A stretch of DNA of 31,941 bases from a virus (IMGVR_UViG_3300042363_000151:1-31941); one strand, 5' to 3'; numbered from the stretch's first letter, positions 20,984-28,932 are shown. Made by a program: numbers and translations. The notes: generated by a model not told the origin, from the letters alone.

Positions 20984-21262
20984 TTGACTACTGTGATAGA
21001 AGAAAAAGAAACAACCGAACAAGAAGAGCCGACCACTGGTCGTAAGCTAACTCTAAATGATCGATGCGACACCAAGGCTTGTGGTGCAGCCGCATACGTC
21101 AATGTCAAGGGTGTTTCTGGCAGCCTCTTTTTCTGTGCTCACCACTACAATGAAATTGAAAATAATTCAGAAAGCAATAAAAAGATTACCGCCTTTGCAT
21201 TTGAGGTTATCGATGAACGATACGCTCTCCTGGGTGAAGATCGGGTAAAGGAAGATTCCTAA
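20984..21262 (+). CDS. Actinobacterial-type small Zn-binding protein
   Basis: LTLNDRCD..CGAAAYV.....SLFFCAHH resembles a conserved actinobacterial hypothetical protein. TTG start with an AAGGAG RBS. Confidence 0.75.
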   Translation: MTTVIEEKETTEQEEPTTGRKLTLNDRCDTKACGAAAYVNVKGVSGSLFFCAHHYNEIENNSESNKKITAFAFEVIDERYALLGEDRVKEDS

Positions 21263-21591
21263 TGGATTATGTAAATAAACTAGATGAACTAATTTTGCAG
21301 GGTGCTGTAGAGGTTGCAGGAGTTGACCCAGAGACTGGGCATTTTTTATATAACTTCACACCAGAATTAAAAAAGGTTGATCCAGAATTGTTTTCAAATG
21401 TTAATAATCATTTTCATCACATCGTAATGACACTGTGGGAAAAGGGTTTTGTGGACATTGACAAGATCGAAACTATTGATCCAGTAATAAAATTAACTGA
21501 CAAGTATACAAATGTTTATGAGGTAGAAAAACTAAATAAACCAGAAAGGGTAATTTTAGAAAATATTGTTAGACAATTCTCCTCACATTAA
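21262..21591 (+). CDS. Hypothetical protein
   Basis: 109-aa ORF with TAATG coupling. Confidence 0.75.
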   Translation: MDYVNKLDELILQGAVEVAGVDPETGHFLYNFTPELKKVDPELFSNVNNHFHHIVMTLWEKGFVDIDKIETIDPVIKLTDKYTNVYEVEKLNKPERVILENIVRQFSSH

Positions 21592-21615
21592 TAGTATAAT
21601 TGATTAGGAGTTTTA

Positions 21616-22038
21616 ATGGAATATTTTCTAGGATCTTTAGTGACAATACTGATCATTGCTGGCGTATTGTTTGCAATTAGAAAGTCCAATATAAAGGTAG
21701 ATACAACAACAGTTCAGTATAGCCAGACCCATATTTACAATATAATTGAGCGTTTTGTTCCAAGCAATCAGGAACTTACAAAACCAATAAAAACACAGGC
21801 ATCTGTTCATTGGGAAAAAAGTCACATCCGTGTTCTAGTTTTAGGAAGCAAGGCCTACTGGATTAAAGATCATGCATTTTATGTGGCAAACATCGTTGAT
21901 GGAGAGATTGACGAACACAGTACCACTCAAGTTGACACAATGGCTATGAACGAGGTACAATTGAATAAGATGTTACACATCGTAGAAGAATTAACAAGAG
22001 GAAGTTCAAATGATTATTGGGATTCAGGCAAGTCGTAA
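21616..22038 (+). CDS. Membrane-anchored hypothetical protein
   Basis: N-terminal hydrophobic helix (FLGSLVTILIIAGVLFAI), AGGAG RBS, and TATAAT upstream. Confidence 0.75.
   Translation: MEYFLGSLVTILIIAGVLFAIRKSNIKVDTTTVQYSQTHIYNIIERFVPSNQELTKPIKTQASVHWEKSHIRVLVLGSKAYWIKDHAFYVANIVDGEIDEHSTTQVDTMAMNEVQLNKMLHIVEELTRGSSNDYWDSGKS
21932..21961 (+). promoter_or_regulatory. Internal SigA-type promoter upstream of the SLOG/deaminase/WhiB genes
   Basis: TTGACA (21932-21937), 18-nt spacer, TACAAT (21956-21961). Confidence 0.6.
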
Positions 22039-22360
22039 CTTTAGCGACTACAGTGTATTTCTCCGTGCTATGGGCACAGCTCTTTACGATCTTGAGGGTG
22101 ACCAGGAGTTTACTATTCTTTCAGCAGGTCCACACAAGCTTAATGATATGGCACTTGAGTTTATCAATGTTTCAGAGCGAAGCCTAAAGTCACGCGGCAT
22201 TAAGGCTAGGGTGGTTAAGATGCCACCGCTTGCCCTAAAAGAGCGAATGCTAGACGTTGACTATTTTTGCTATTTTAGCCTACCCAAAGAGATCGAGTCC
22301 AGCCTCGTCCGCGAGGCACAGGACAAAGATATTGAAGTAGGAATTTATAGGTATGCTTAG
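22010..22360 (+). CDS. Divergent SLOG/YspA (DUF2493)-like protein
   Basis: N-terminal IIGIQASRNFSDY resembles IIAGSR.F.DY, followed by ILSAG. Rossmann-like alternation. Confidence 0.5.
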   Translation: MIIGIQASRNFSDYSVFLRAMGTALYDLEGDQEFTILSAGPHKLNDMALEFINVSERSLKSRGIKARVVKMPPLALKERMLDVDYFCYFSLPKEIESSLVREAQDKDIEVGIYRYA

Positions 22361-22709
22361 TAATAGTGAAAAAGCATTTCTATCTGTTGCAAGATACTTT
22401 GCAGCAAAGTCTGAGGCTAGACAGAAGCACGGTGCAGTTATCGTAAAGTCTGGAAGAGTTCTCGGTACTGGATTTAACAAAGATACAAATAACCCTTTTA
22501 CAGTTTCCCCAGAACATATCAAAACGCATTGCTCACGACATGCAGAAGTTGAGGCCATGAGAGATGCAAATTGGAATGTTAAGGGGGCAGTCCTGTACGT
22601 TGCAAGAGTCAACAGACAGGGCAAAGATCGCTACAGCAAGCCTTGCGGATATTGCGAGACAGCTATAGCAAAAACACAAATCAAAAAAGTAATCTACACA
22701 GAAGGCTAG
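22353..22709 (+). CDS. Zn-dependent cytidine/dCMP deaminase-family protein
   Basis: HGAVIV..G.VL.TGFN, HAE, PCGYC, IKKVIY. Confidence 0.9.
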   Translation: MLSNSEKAFLSVARYFAAKSEARQKHGAVIVKSGRVLGTGFNKDTNNPFTVSPEHIKTHCSRHAEVEAMRDANWNVKGAVLYVARVNRQGKDRYSKPCGYCETAIAKTQIKKVIYTEG

Positions 22710-22713
22710 TAAC

Positions 22714-22923
22714 ATGAATGTCACATCTCTTGAAACGATGGAAGACCTCGTAGCAAACAACAACTCCCTAGATTGGGATGGATGGACCGTAGTAAGCAGG
22801 CAAAAGAACGACGCTGCTTGGATGAAACCAAATGGTGTTTTCGTAAAGGGTAAGTGGTACAATCAAACTCGTTACGAGCCTACAGAAGCAGGCTGGACAA
22901 TTCCGAGTAAGCTCGTGGGGTAA
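22714..22923 (+). CDS. Hypothetical Trp-rich protein
   Basis: 69-aa ORF with LDWDGWTVV...NGVFVKGKW. Confidence 0.7.
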   Translation: MNVTSLETMEDLVANNNSLDWDGWTVVSRQKNDAAWMKPNGVFVKGKWYNQTRYEPTEAGWTIPSKLVG

Positions 22924-22924
22924 T

Positions 22925-23209
22925 ATGGATAAGCATGAATGGAAAGAAAACGGCCTATGCAGAGAGTATGATACTAACCTGTTCTTTGACAAGTATGAAG
23001 AAGACGAACTTCTTAGACCAGCGATTGACAACCTATGTTCTGGCTGTCCAGTAGCAAGGCAATGTTTTGCTGTTGGAGTCTCACAAAAAGAGTGGGGCGT
23101 ATGGGGAGGAATTTATATTGAAAATGGAAAAATCTCCAGGGAATTTAACAAGCATCGTAATAAAGATGATTGGGCAGACACCTGGCAATACTTGACAACG
23201 GATAAATAG
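22925..23209 (+). CDS. whiB: WhiB-family Fe-S transcription factor
   Basis: C...DTNLFF...CSGCPVARQC...EWGVWGG (four Cys plus the G[V/I]WGG turn). Confidence 0.92.
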   Translation: MDKHEWKENGLCREYDTNLFFDKYEEDELLRPAIDNLCSGCPVARQCFAVGVSQKEWGVWGGIYIENGKISREFNKHRNKDDWADTWQYLTTDK

Positions 23210-23310
23210 TGGTAGACATAACATTGATAGTAGTAGATGCACTAGTTTTAATTGGGGTAGGAATGAATACCGCACTAAACTGGCACATATATTTTAAAAA
23301 GGATAAATGA
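23209..23310 (+). CDS. 33-aa single-pass membrane peptide (not in the ORF track)
   Basis: GTG start overlaps the whiB stop. Reads (M)VDITLIVVDALVLIGVGMNTALNWHIYFKKDK, with an ATGA overlap into the next gene. Confidence 0.6.
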   Translation: MVDITLIVVDALVLIGVGMNTALNWHIYFKKDK

Positions 23311-23555
23311 TGTATACAGATGAAATGAAGATGGCCTTTCACTCACTGAGGACAGTGTGTCCTAAAGGGTTTAAGCTAACCATCATTGACAACGAGCACT
23401 TTCTGACAGTTAAGGCTAGTGAAAAAGACTTCTTTTCGCTGCCAGTGGACGACAGAATAAAAGCAGTGGAGTACATGGTCAAAGTAAAGCAAGCACTTGA
23501 GTATAATGGTGCAATTGTTTTGCTTACAAGAGAGGGCGGTAAGGAGCAGCTATGA
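23307..23555 (+). CDS. Hypothetical protein
   Basis: 82-aa ORF coupled to its neighbours. Confidence 0.7.
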   Translation: MMYTDEMKMAFHSLRTVCPKGFKLTIIDNEHFLTVKASEKDFFSLPVDDRIKAVEYMVKVKQALEYNGAIVLLTREGGKEQL

Positions 23556-23953
23556 ATGCACTAGAGTTTGTTATGTTTTTAATTATTTCTACATTCTTTG
23601 CTGGTCTTCTTACGATCACAGCTTTGCTGTTTATTCGATATAGAAACACCGAAAAGAAGTTGCGTCAAATGACTATTGATGCTGGTATTATTAGTGTTGA
23701 GTTTCAAAAGCTTCTTAGTGAAAAGCAGTCTGGCCCACTAGAAGAGACTCAAGGTTTTGTTAAGTTTATCTCTGACTCTCGGGATTGGGCGTTTACATAT
23801 ATTGAAGACGTGCAGACGGCGATTGAGGACTATCGCAAAATTGCTGACATCGTGCCAATCAGTAAAGATATGACGATTGACCAGGCAGAGCAACTGTCAA
23901 AGGCTTATGACAAACTAATTGATTTTCTTCCAACAGAAGAAGTTAACAACTAA
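23552..23953 (+). CDS. Membrane-anchored hypothetical protein
   Basis: N-terminal TM helix and an AAGGAG RBS. Confidence 0.75.
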   Translation: MNALEFVMFLIISTFFAGLLTITALLFIRYRNTEKKLRQMTIDAGIISVEFQKLLSEKQSGPLEETQGFVKFISDSRDWAFTYIEDVQTAIEDYRKIADIVPISKDMTIDQAEQLSKAYDKLIDFLPTEEVNN

Positions 23954-23985
23954 CTGTAATCAGAAACAATGGTATAATTAATCTT

Positions 23986-24033
23986 ATGAAACAATTAATC
24001 GCACAACTAGGTATTAAAAGGATGCAAGACTGA
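23986..24033 (+). CDS. 15-aa leaderless upstream ORF coupled to the next gene
   Basis: TGG-TATAAT (23973-23978) lies 7 nt before ATG 23986. Encodes MKQLIAQLGIKRMQD; its TGA overlaps ATG 24033. Confidence 0.45.
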   Translation: MKQLIAQLGIKRMQD

Positions 24034-24416
24034 TGCCGTACCGTGTAGGCGGTAAAGGTGATACTGCTGGTTGCTCTGGGTATGCCGTAGTTGACGAAAG
24101 CGGTAAGACTGTAGGCTGCCACTCTTCTCGTGCACAAGCAGACGATCAATTGCAAGCTCTTTACGCTAATGTTCCAGACGCAGAGAAGTCTGAAGTAGCA
24201 GGAGCTAATCCATCATTTACGGTTGACCCCAAGTATCCTGGGGTAGGCATTAAACGTCCTGAACAGGGGCGTAGAGGCGGTACACCAGGTCGAAGTGCAA
24301 TTGGCAGTAAGCCAGCACCTAAGCCTAAAAACGTTCGCTATGGTCGTCACAGCAATGCATCAGGTGCATCTAGCGGTGGGACATCATCAGGCGGTTCAGG
24401 AGGATCAATTGGATAA
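24033..24416 (+). CDS. Putative head-associated protein (MPY...GCH...ALYAN domain + basic/Gly-Ser tail)
   Basis: The N-terminal module resembles those seen on phage prohead-protease/head proteins. Low-complexity C-terminus. Confidence 0.6.
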   Translation: MPYRVGGKGDTAGCSGYAVVDESGKTVGCHSSRAQADDQLQALYANVPDAEKSEVAGANPSFTVDPKYPGVGIKRPEQGRRGGTPGRSAIGSKPAPKPKNVRYGRHSNASGASSGGTSSGGSGGSIG

Positions 24417-25170
24417 TTTAATTCCCAAAGAGGGAGACACGGTAGTCGGAATGACAACAGAAGGCATGGTTGTAGGCCGTGTTGAACATGTAATGCTTGA
24501 GGGCGGAACCTACGGCGTTCCTGGAACGGAGTATTCAATTGAATCTACTCCAGAAGATCCAGCTATGGCTGTAAGAGTTTATGAAGAGGAGGATGGCCTG
24601 TGGTATCCCACAGCTTATTCTATCGGTATGCTTGCAAGCAACTCTAAGCCAATGGATATTGAGATTGGTGTTGAGGAAGAAGACGACATTGATGAATTGG
24701 AAAGACTTGCTAAAGCATCTCCATGCTGGGAAGGCTACGTTATGCGTGGCATGAAGCCAGGTAAGGGCGGAGCTATGGTTCCAAACTGTGTTCCAGTAAA
24801 GAAGTATCACGAAGCAATTACTAAAGCAGACAACTATACTCCAAATTCTGGCATGAAGGCTGCTGCTCGACGTGCCCTAAAGTGGAAGGAACAGGGCAAG
24901 GCTACTGGTGCTGGTACGCCTATTGGCTGGGGTAGAGCAACAGATATCGTAGCAGGAAGATCAATGTCCCTATCTACAGTAAAGCGTATGTATTCGTTCT
25001 TTTCTCGTCACGAGGTAGACAAGAAGGGCAAAGACTTCTACAACACTTCCAATCCTAGCAATGGTCGTATCATGTGGGATGCATGGGGTGGAAATGCAGG
25101 ATTCGCCTGGTCCCGATCAATCGTAGAACGTGAAAAGAAGTTCTGGCAGGGTTCTGCCTTCGATAAATAA
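24409..25170 (+). CDS. Modular putative head/virion-associated protein
   Basis: Start moved to TTG 24409 (AGGAGG RBS). Contains a Tudor/SH3-like N-domain, a CWEGY...VPNCVP motif, and a RMYSFFSRHEVDK...WDAWGG domain, all recurrent in phage head-morphogenesis proteins. Confidence 0.65.
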   Translation: MDNLIPKEGDTVVGMTTEGMVVGRVEHVMLEGGTYGVPGTEYSIESTPEDPAMAVRVYEEEDGLWYPTAYSIGMLASNSKPMDIEIGVEEEDDIDELERLAKASPCWEGYVMRGMKPGKGGAMVPNCVPVKKYHEAITKADNYTPNSGMKAAARRALKWKEQGKATGAGTPIGWGRATDIVAGRSMSLSTVKRMYSFFSRHEVDKKGKDFYNTSNPSNGRIMWDAWGGNAGFAWSRSIVEREKKFWQGSAFDK

Positions 25171-25200
25171 TTTCTGGCATTAATAGTGTATACTAGAACT

Positions 25201-25295
25201 GTCTCCATATAGGTGGTCGCTCTTAGGATGGACTAGTTACCCTGAATTATATATGACCGAGCCTTCTGCAGGTTGAATCCTATATGGAGACTTTT
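25201..25295 (+). ncRNA. Candidate stand-alone ~95-nt three-way-junction small RNA
   Basis: TATACT (25189-25194) puts +1 near 25201. A perfect 13-bp stem GTCTCCATATAGG/CCTATATGGAGAC is followed by TTTT. Inner helices are GGTCG/TGACC, TTAGG/CCTGA and AGCCT/AGGTT. It lies in a non-coding gap between convergent genes. Confidence 0.65.
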
Positions 25296-25296
25296 A

Positions 25297-25560
25297 CTAT
25301 GACTCTATCATGTCAATCTGTTCACGTTCATGTGTACGTCTCTTGTGACAGTTTGCACAAACTACCTCGCACTTAGCAACCTCTTGCCAAGCAGACTCAA
25401 CGCCATACTTTTTAAGAACGCGGTAAACATTGTCTACTTTTTTTGAACCAGGAAGATGATCAAACTCTAGCATATAATGTGGGTACTTATTTTTACAGTC
25501 CGCACAGCCTGCGTCTTCTTTATATTGACGGAATGCTTTTAGATGTATTCCTGGCGGCAT
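25297..25560 (-). CDS. HNH endonuclease (small, likely leaderless)
   Basis: CADC....LEFDH....KCEVVCANCHKRRT. TATAAT lies 7 nt upstream of the ATG. Confidence 0.9.
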   Translation of the reverse strand: MPPGIHLKAFRQYKEDAGCADCKNKYPHYMLEFDHLPGSKKVDNVYRVLKKYGVESAWQEVAKCEVVCANCHKRRTHEREQIDMIES

Positions 25561-25594
25561 TACTTCTATTATACCGTAAGTGTTATAATTAATT
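25561..25594. promoter_or_regulatory. Back-to-back -10 elements for two divergent leaderless genes
   Basis: Minus-strand TATAAT (25573-25568) and plus-strand TGT-TATAAT (25584-25589) both sit within a 34-bp gap. Confidence 0.65.
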
Positions 25595-26281
25595 ATGGAT
25601 GTTGTTTATACCTGTAGACCTGGAAAAAACGAAGAGTTAAGATACTCAATAAGATCAGTGCAAAAAAATGCCAGCTTTGTTAGAGATGTTTGGGTGGTGG
25701 GTGATAAGCCAGACTGGTACTCTGGAAAGTTCTTAGATGTTGCTCAAACATCCAATGCTTTTCAGAACGTAAGAACTAATTTAAAGACTATTATTGATAA
25801 CTTCGATATCTCTGAAGACTTTGTTTTTATGAATGACGATTTCTTTATTGTTAAAAAGATAGATTCTGTGCCCACATATTACAACGGACTGCTATCAGAT
25901 CGATCCAGAAGGCACACAGAGCTTGCTGGAATGAACTACTACGCTAACTTCTTGATGAGAAGCGACCAGGCTCTTCGGCGGTACGGAATCAAAGAGCCAT
26001 TAAACTATGAACTGCACGTCCCAATTGTATTCAATAAGACAATGCTATTAGAGACAATAGACAAGCAATTTTCTATACGATCATGCTATGGAAATATACA
26101 CAACATAGGTGGAAAAGAAATTAGGGATGTAAAGATATACACTAATCCTCGATTTGCTGAAGACTCTTCTTCGATAGATAATGACACACCTTTTGTATCT
26201 ACTGATGATGAATCTTTTAGAAAGATGGGTGACATAATTAAAGATATGTTCCCAGATAGATCATCATACGAAAACGACTAG
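25595..26281 (+). CDS. Compact Stealth-family (hexose-1-phosphate transferase-like) protein
   Basis: MDVVYT (CR1-like), ELRYSIRSVQKN..FVRDVWVV and ISEDFVFMNDDFF (CR2), HVP (CR3-like), and a terminal FPDRSSYE (CR4-like). Confidence 0.75.
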   Translation: MDVVYTCRPGKNEELRYSIRSVQKNASFVRDVWVVGDKPDWYSGKFLDVAQTSNAFQNVRTNLKTIIDNFDISEDFVFMNDDFFIVKKIDSVPTYYNGLLSDRSRRHTELAGMNYYANFLMRSDQALRRYGIKEPLNYELHVPIVFNKTMLLETIDKQFSIRSCYGNIHNIGGKEIRDVKIYTNPRFAEDSSSIDNDTPFVSTDDESFRKMGDIIKDMFPDRSSYEND

Positions 26282-27342
26282 CGAACAGCCCTGACTCTTC
26301 TGATAATGTTAACGACAGACTTTTGTCTCATTCGTTTTTCTACATCTGTTAATGGCTGTATGTTTTCAATAAAGTCTGCAAATCTTTTTAGTTCAATTTC
26401 CTGACGCACATGTAGCCACTCGGCTCTCTTCCTGGCATTACGACTATAAAGATCATAGTTTTCTTCAATAAGATCAATGCCAGCCGCAGTAGCAGGGGCA
26501 CTTTGTGGTGGAACAAGAATGGCTCCATCTCCAATACCTTCTCTAACGTGTGGAGTATCAACGTGAACACAAGGAATTCCATAACCAGCAGCCTCAATAG
26601 CCGACATTCCATATGTTTCATATCTAGAGGGAACTAAAAGAATTCTGGTTTGTTCAAAATACTTGTGCACTTCTTCTGGAGGCACACGAGGATGAAGTTC
26701 AACGTTTGGCAGCTGTGCTGCTCGCTCTTCAAGATTTTTGACTCCGTGAGTTGCCTCAGCTGGTGATCGAACAATTATGAATCTCTTATCTGGATAAAGT
26801 TTTGCAAGTTCAAGAACTGTTAGAACACCTTTATTAACCAAAGAAGAAAGAAGCGTGTAGGCATCGCCACCAGTGATCGTGCTGCTTGGTAACGGACTGA
26901 TTGGTGGATGAACAACTAGACCGTTTGGCTCTCCCCATTCAACTGCAGCAGTCCTAGTGTTGTAAATGGCATAGTCAGCTTCGTACATAGCATCTGCAAT
27001 TCCTCTACCGTATTGTGGTGGAGTGTGTACGTTAACAATAGATGCTGCATTAACGCTTTTGGCAGCCTTTACAGCAGCCAAGGAAAGTTCGTTTTGACCA
27101 ATCACAGTTTTGGCGTTTAGTTTTTTTAACTGTAAAGCAATTCTTGCTGAGTCTGTGTTAATGTCTAGAACATTTCTTGTCAATACTTTGTCTACCTGGA
27201 CACCCTCAAAAATATAAGGTTCTTCTGTCGCAGTAAGTACATGCTTATCACCACGAGCAGCGATCATAGTTCTGTGTAGTGAAACCTCTCCACCCATATT
27301 CCAGAATGGGGGGTATCCGTGAGAGAGTGCGACCAGACTCAT
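26278..27342 (-). CDS. GT-B fold glycosyltransferase (GT4-like)
   Basis: HGYPP..MGGE, NKG, LLVPSRYETYGMSAIEAAGYGIP (E-x7-E motif). Confidence 0.9.
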   Translation of the reverse strand: MSLVALSHGYPPFWNMGGEVSLHRTMIAARGDKHVLTATEEPYIFEGVQVDKVLTRNVLDINTDSARIALQLKKLNAKTVIGQNELSLAAVKAAKSVNAASIVNVHTPPQYGRGIADAMYEADYAIYNTRTAAVEWGEPNGLVVHPPISPLPSSTITGGDAYTLLSSLVNKGVLTVLELAKLYPDKRFIIVRSPAEATHGVKNLEERAAQLPNVELHPRVPPEEVHKYFEQTRILLVPSRYETYGMSAIEAAGYGIPCVHVDTPHVREGIGDGAILVPPQSAPATAAGIDLIEENYDLYSRNARKRAEWLHVRQEIELKRFADFIENIQPLTDVEKRMRQKSVVNIIRRVRAVR

Positions 27343-28013
27343 TTGCCTAGCAAAGCCTTTCTAGCCTCAACCAAACCCTCACCATCACGCCAAGTTTCAA
27401 AGGCTAGCCTATCTTTCTCACGCTTAATCTTGTCGTTAGCTTCACGATAGGTCTGATCATCAGGTGCTGACTTATTCCATCTATGTAGGTGACTAAGCTT
27501 TACATCTGGAAGATAAATAAACTTAGTTAGCTTTCCAAGCTCTCGCCAAACGTTGTCGCAGAAAAGGTGTCGTGATGCTGGAAGTCCGATCCATCCAAGT
27601 CTGCGATACATTTCTGTTGGAACAATCACATGTGTTGGAAGATCTGCACCATGTAGGTGTTCTAAGCCATCGCTACCATAAACTACTCCAAGCTCTGGCA
27701 GGGCAATGATCATTTTTTCATCCCAACCATCAGTCTCTGGAACAACATCATCTCCAAGAATTGCAATGTGAGTGTATCCTTCATTCATTGCAATCTCTGC
27801 AAGTTCGTTTAGAGAATTCGTAAAAAAGATTCTCGGACCCTTAATGTAGGTAACATTATCTAGTTCGGGGTACACAGACTTATCATCATCATCAATCCGT
27901 GCAAGGATGTGATAGTTAGTTTTGCAAGTTTGTGCTGCTGCTTTAGACAGTCTTTCTAAATTGTGTGGTCTTCCACGAGTTGGTACAGTAATAGCTAATT
28001 TAAAATTGTTCAT
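27339..28013 (-). CDS. GT-A fold glycosyltransferase (GT2-like), likely leaderless
   Basis: ITVPTRGRP..L, IDDDD, ILGDDV (DXD-like), HLFCDN, LSHLH. TGA-TATACT lies 6 nt upstream of the ATG. Confidence 0.88.
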   Translation of the reverse strand: MNNFKLAITVPTRGRPHNLERLSKAAAQTCKTNYHILARIDDDDKSVYPELDNVTYIKGPRIFFTNSLNELAEIAMNEGYTHIAILGDDVVPETDGWDEKMIIALPELGVVYGSDGLEHLHGADLPTHVIVPTEMYRRLGWIGLPASRHLFCDNVWRELGKLTKFIYLPDVKLSHLHRWNKSAPDDQTYREANDKIKREKDRLAFETWRDGEGLVEARKALLGK

Positions 28014-28035
28014 AAACCAAGTATATCATGTGTTG

Positions 28036-28108
28036 TACCCCTGGCAGGGATCGAACCTGCGACGCATACCTTAGAAGGGTATCGCTCTGTCCACTGAGCT
28101 ACAGAGGT
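28036..28108 (-). tRNA. tRNA-Arg (TCT)
   Basis: Reverse complement gives acceptor ACCTCTG/CAGGGGT, D-loop AGTGGACA, anticodon arm ATACC-CT-TCT-AA-GGTAT and T-arm GCAGG-TTCGATC-CCTGC; no CCA. Confidence 0.95.
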
Positions 28109-28119
28109 TGGGGGTATTG

Positions 28120-28914
28120 CTAAAGACTAATAGCTTTAGCGAATACAACCCTTGAAGCCATCTTAGATGCACTAATAATTGCAATAGGTGCAGAGACAGC
28201 AAGAACTACACCAGCGTACATTCTAGGTTCTGACCAGTCCCATTCCCAGTAATCAAATGTGTGGAAGGCGTTAGCAAGAACGGCAATAGCACCGAACCCA
28301 ATCATTCCCCACAATGCACCCCAAGTGCTTTCAGGCTTGCCTTCGTCGTCTACACGAGATGCAAGTACAAGATAAGCAACCAAAAATAGCAGATACATAA
28401 GCTCGATAAAGAAGAAGAACAGTCCTGCCATCCATGATGCAGAAAGTCCTACAAACTCTGCTACAGCTGTGATTCCATTAAACGATACGATTGCCGAAGA
28501 CACAAAGGCAATTCCAATACCAATGATCCAGGCCAGCAATACAAACTTTTGATCGATCTGTACCTTTGGTGCTCGTTTAGCTTCTTGTGCAGCATACAGC
28601 TCTTCTCTCTGCCGTTTTGCATTCAAGACATTGGTTCCTCTATAACGCTTAACCTGCTTTTTTGTTACTAGTGGCTCTCCATTTTGCAAATTTGCAACCT
28701 GGTTTTCGCCAGACTTAATTGTTTCTGTCATTTCTTTCTCCATTTCTACGGCTGTTCCATAGCCAGTTTGTGCCAACTTAATTTTTTCATTTGCTTGCAT
28801 TGCTCTTTTTACCTCTTCTCCAATAAAACTTTTTGAAAAGTTTGCCTTTTCAGGATCTGATGTCGCAACTCCATTTTTTGAATCAAAGTAAAATATTCTA
28901 TGAGGAAGTTCCAT
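28120..28914 (-). CDS. Four-TM membrane protein (C-terminal domain resembles DUF2637/SpdA-like actinobacterial mobile-element proteins)
   Basis: Soluble N-half followed by four hydrophobic segments with SF.GI..VA...G, ANAFH and SAPIA motifs. GGAG RBS and TGC-TATAAT upstream. Confidence 0.65.
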   Translation of the reverse strand: MELPHRIFYFDSKNGVATSDPEKANFSKSFIGEEVKRAMQANEKIKLAQTGYGTAVEMEKEMTETIKSGENQVANLQNGEPLVTKKQVKRYRGTNVLNAKRQREELYAAQEAKRAPKVQIDQKFVLLAWIIGIGIAFVSSAIVSFNGITAVAEFVGLSASWMAGLFFFFIELMYLLFLVAYLVLASRVDDEGKPESTWGALWGMIGFGAIAVLANAFHTFDYWEWDWSEPRMYAGVVLAVSAPIAIISASKMASRVVFAKAISL

Positions 28915-28932
28915 TTTTTATCTCCACTTATA

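Noticed and set aside
24295-24416. Programmed frameshift fusing 24033-24416 to the next ORF, or a start at 24295
   Set aside because: Both frames are open here, but there is no clear slippery heptamer, and a strong AGGAGG precedes TTG 24409.
28119-28140. GCTAAAG-N8-CTTTAGC inverted repeat upstream of tRNA-Arg
   Set aside because: Short, AT-rich, within coding sequence and without a U-tract. It is plausibly chance.
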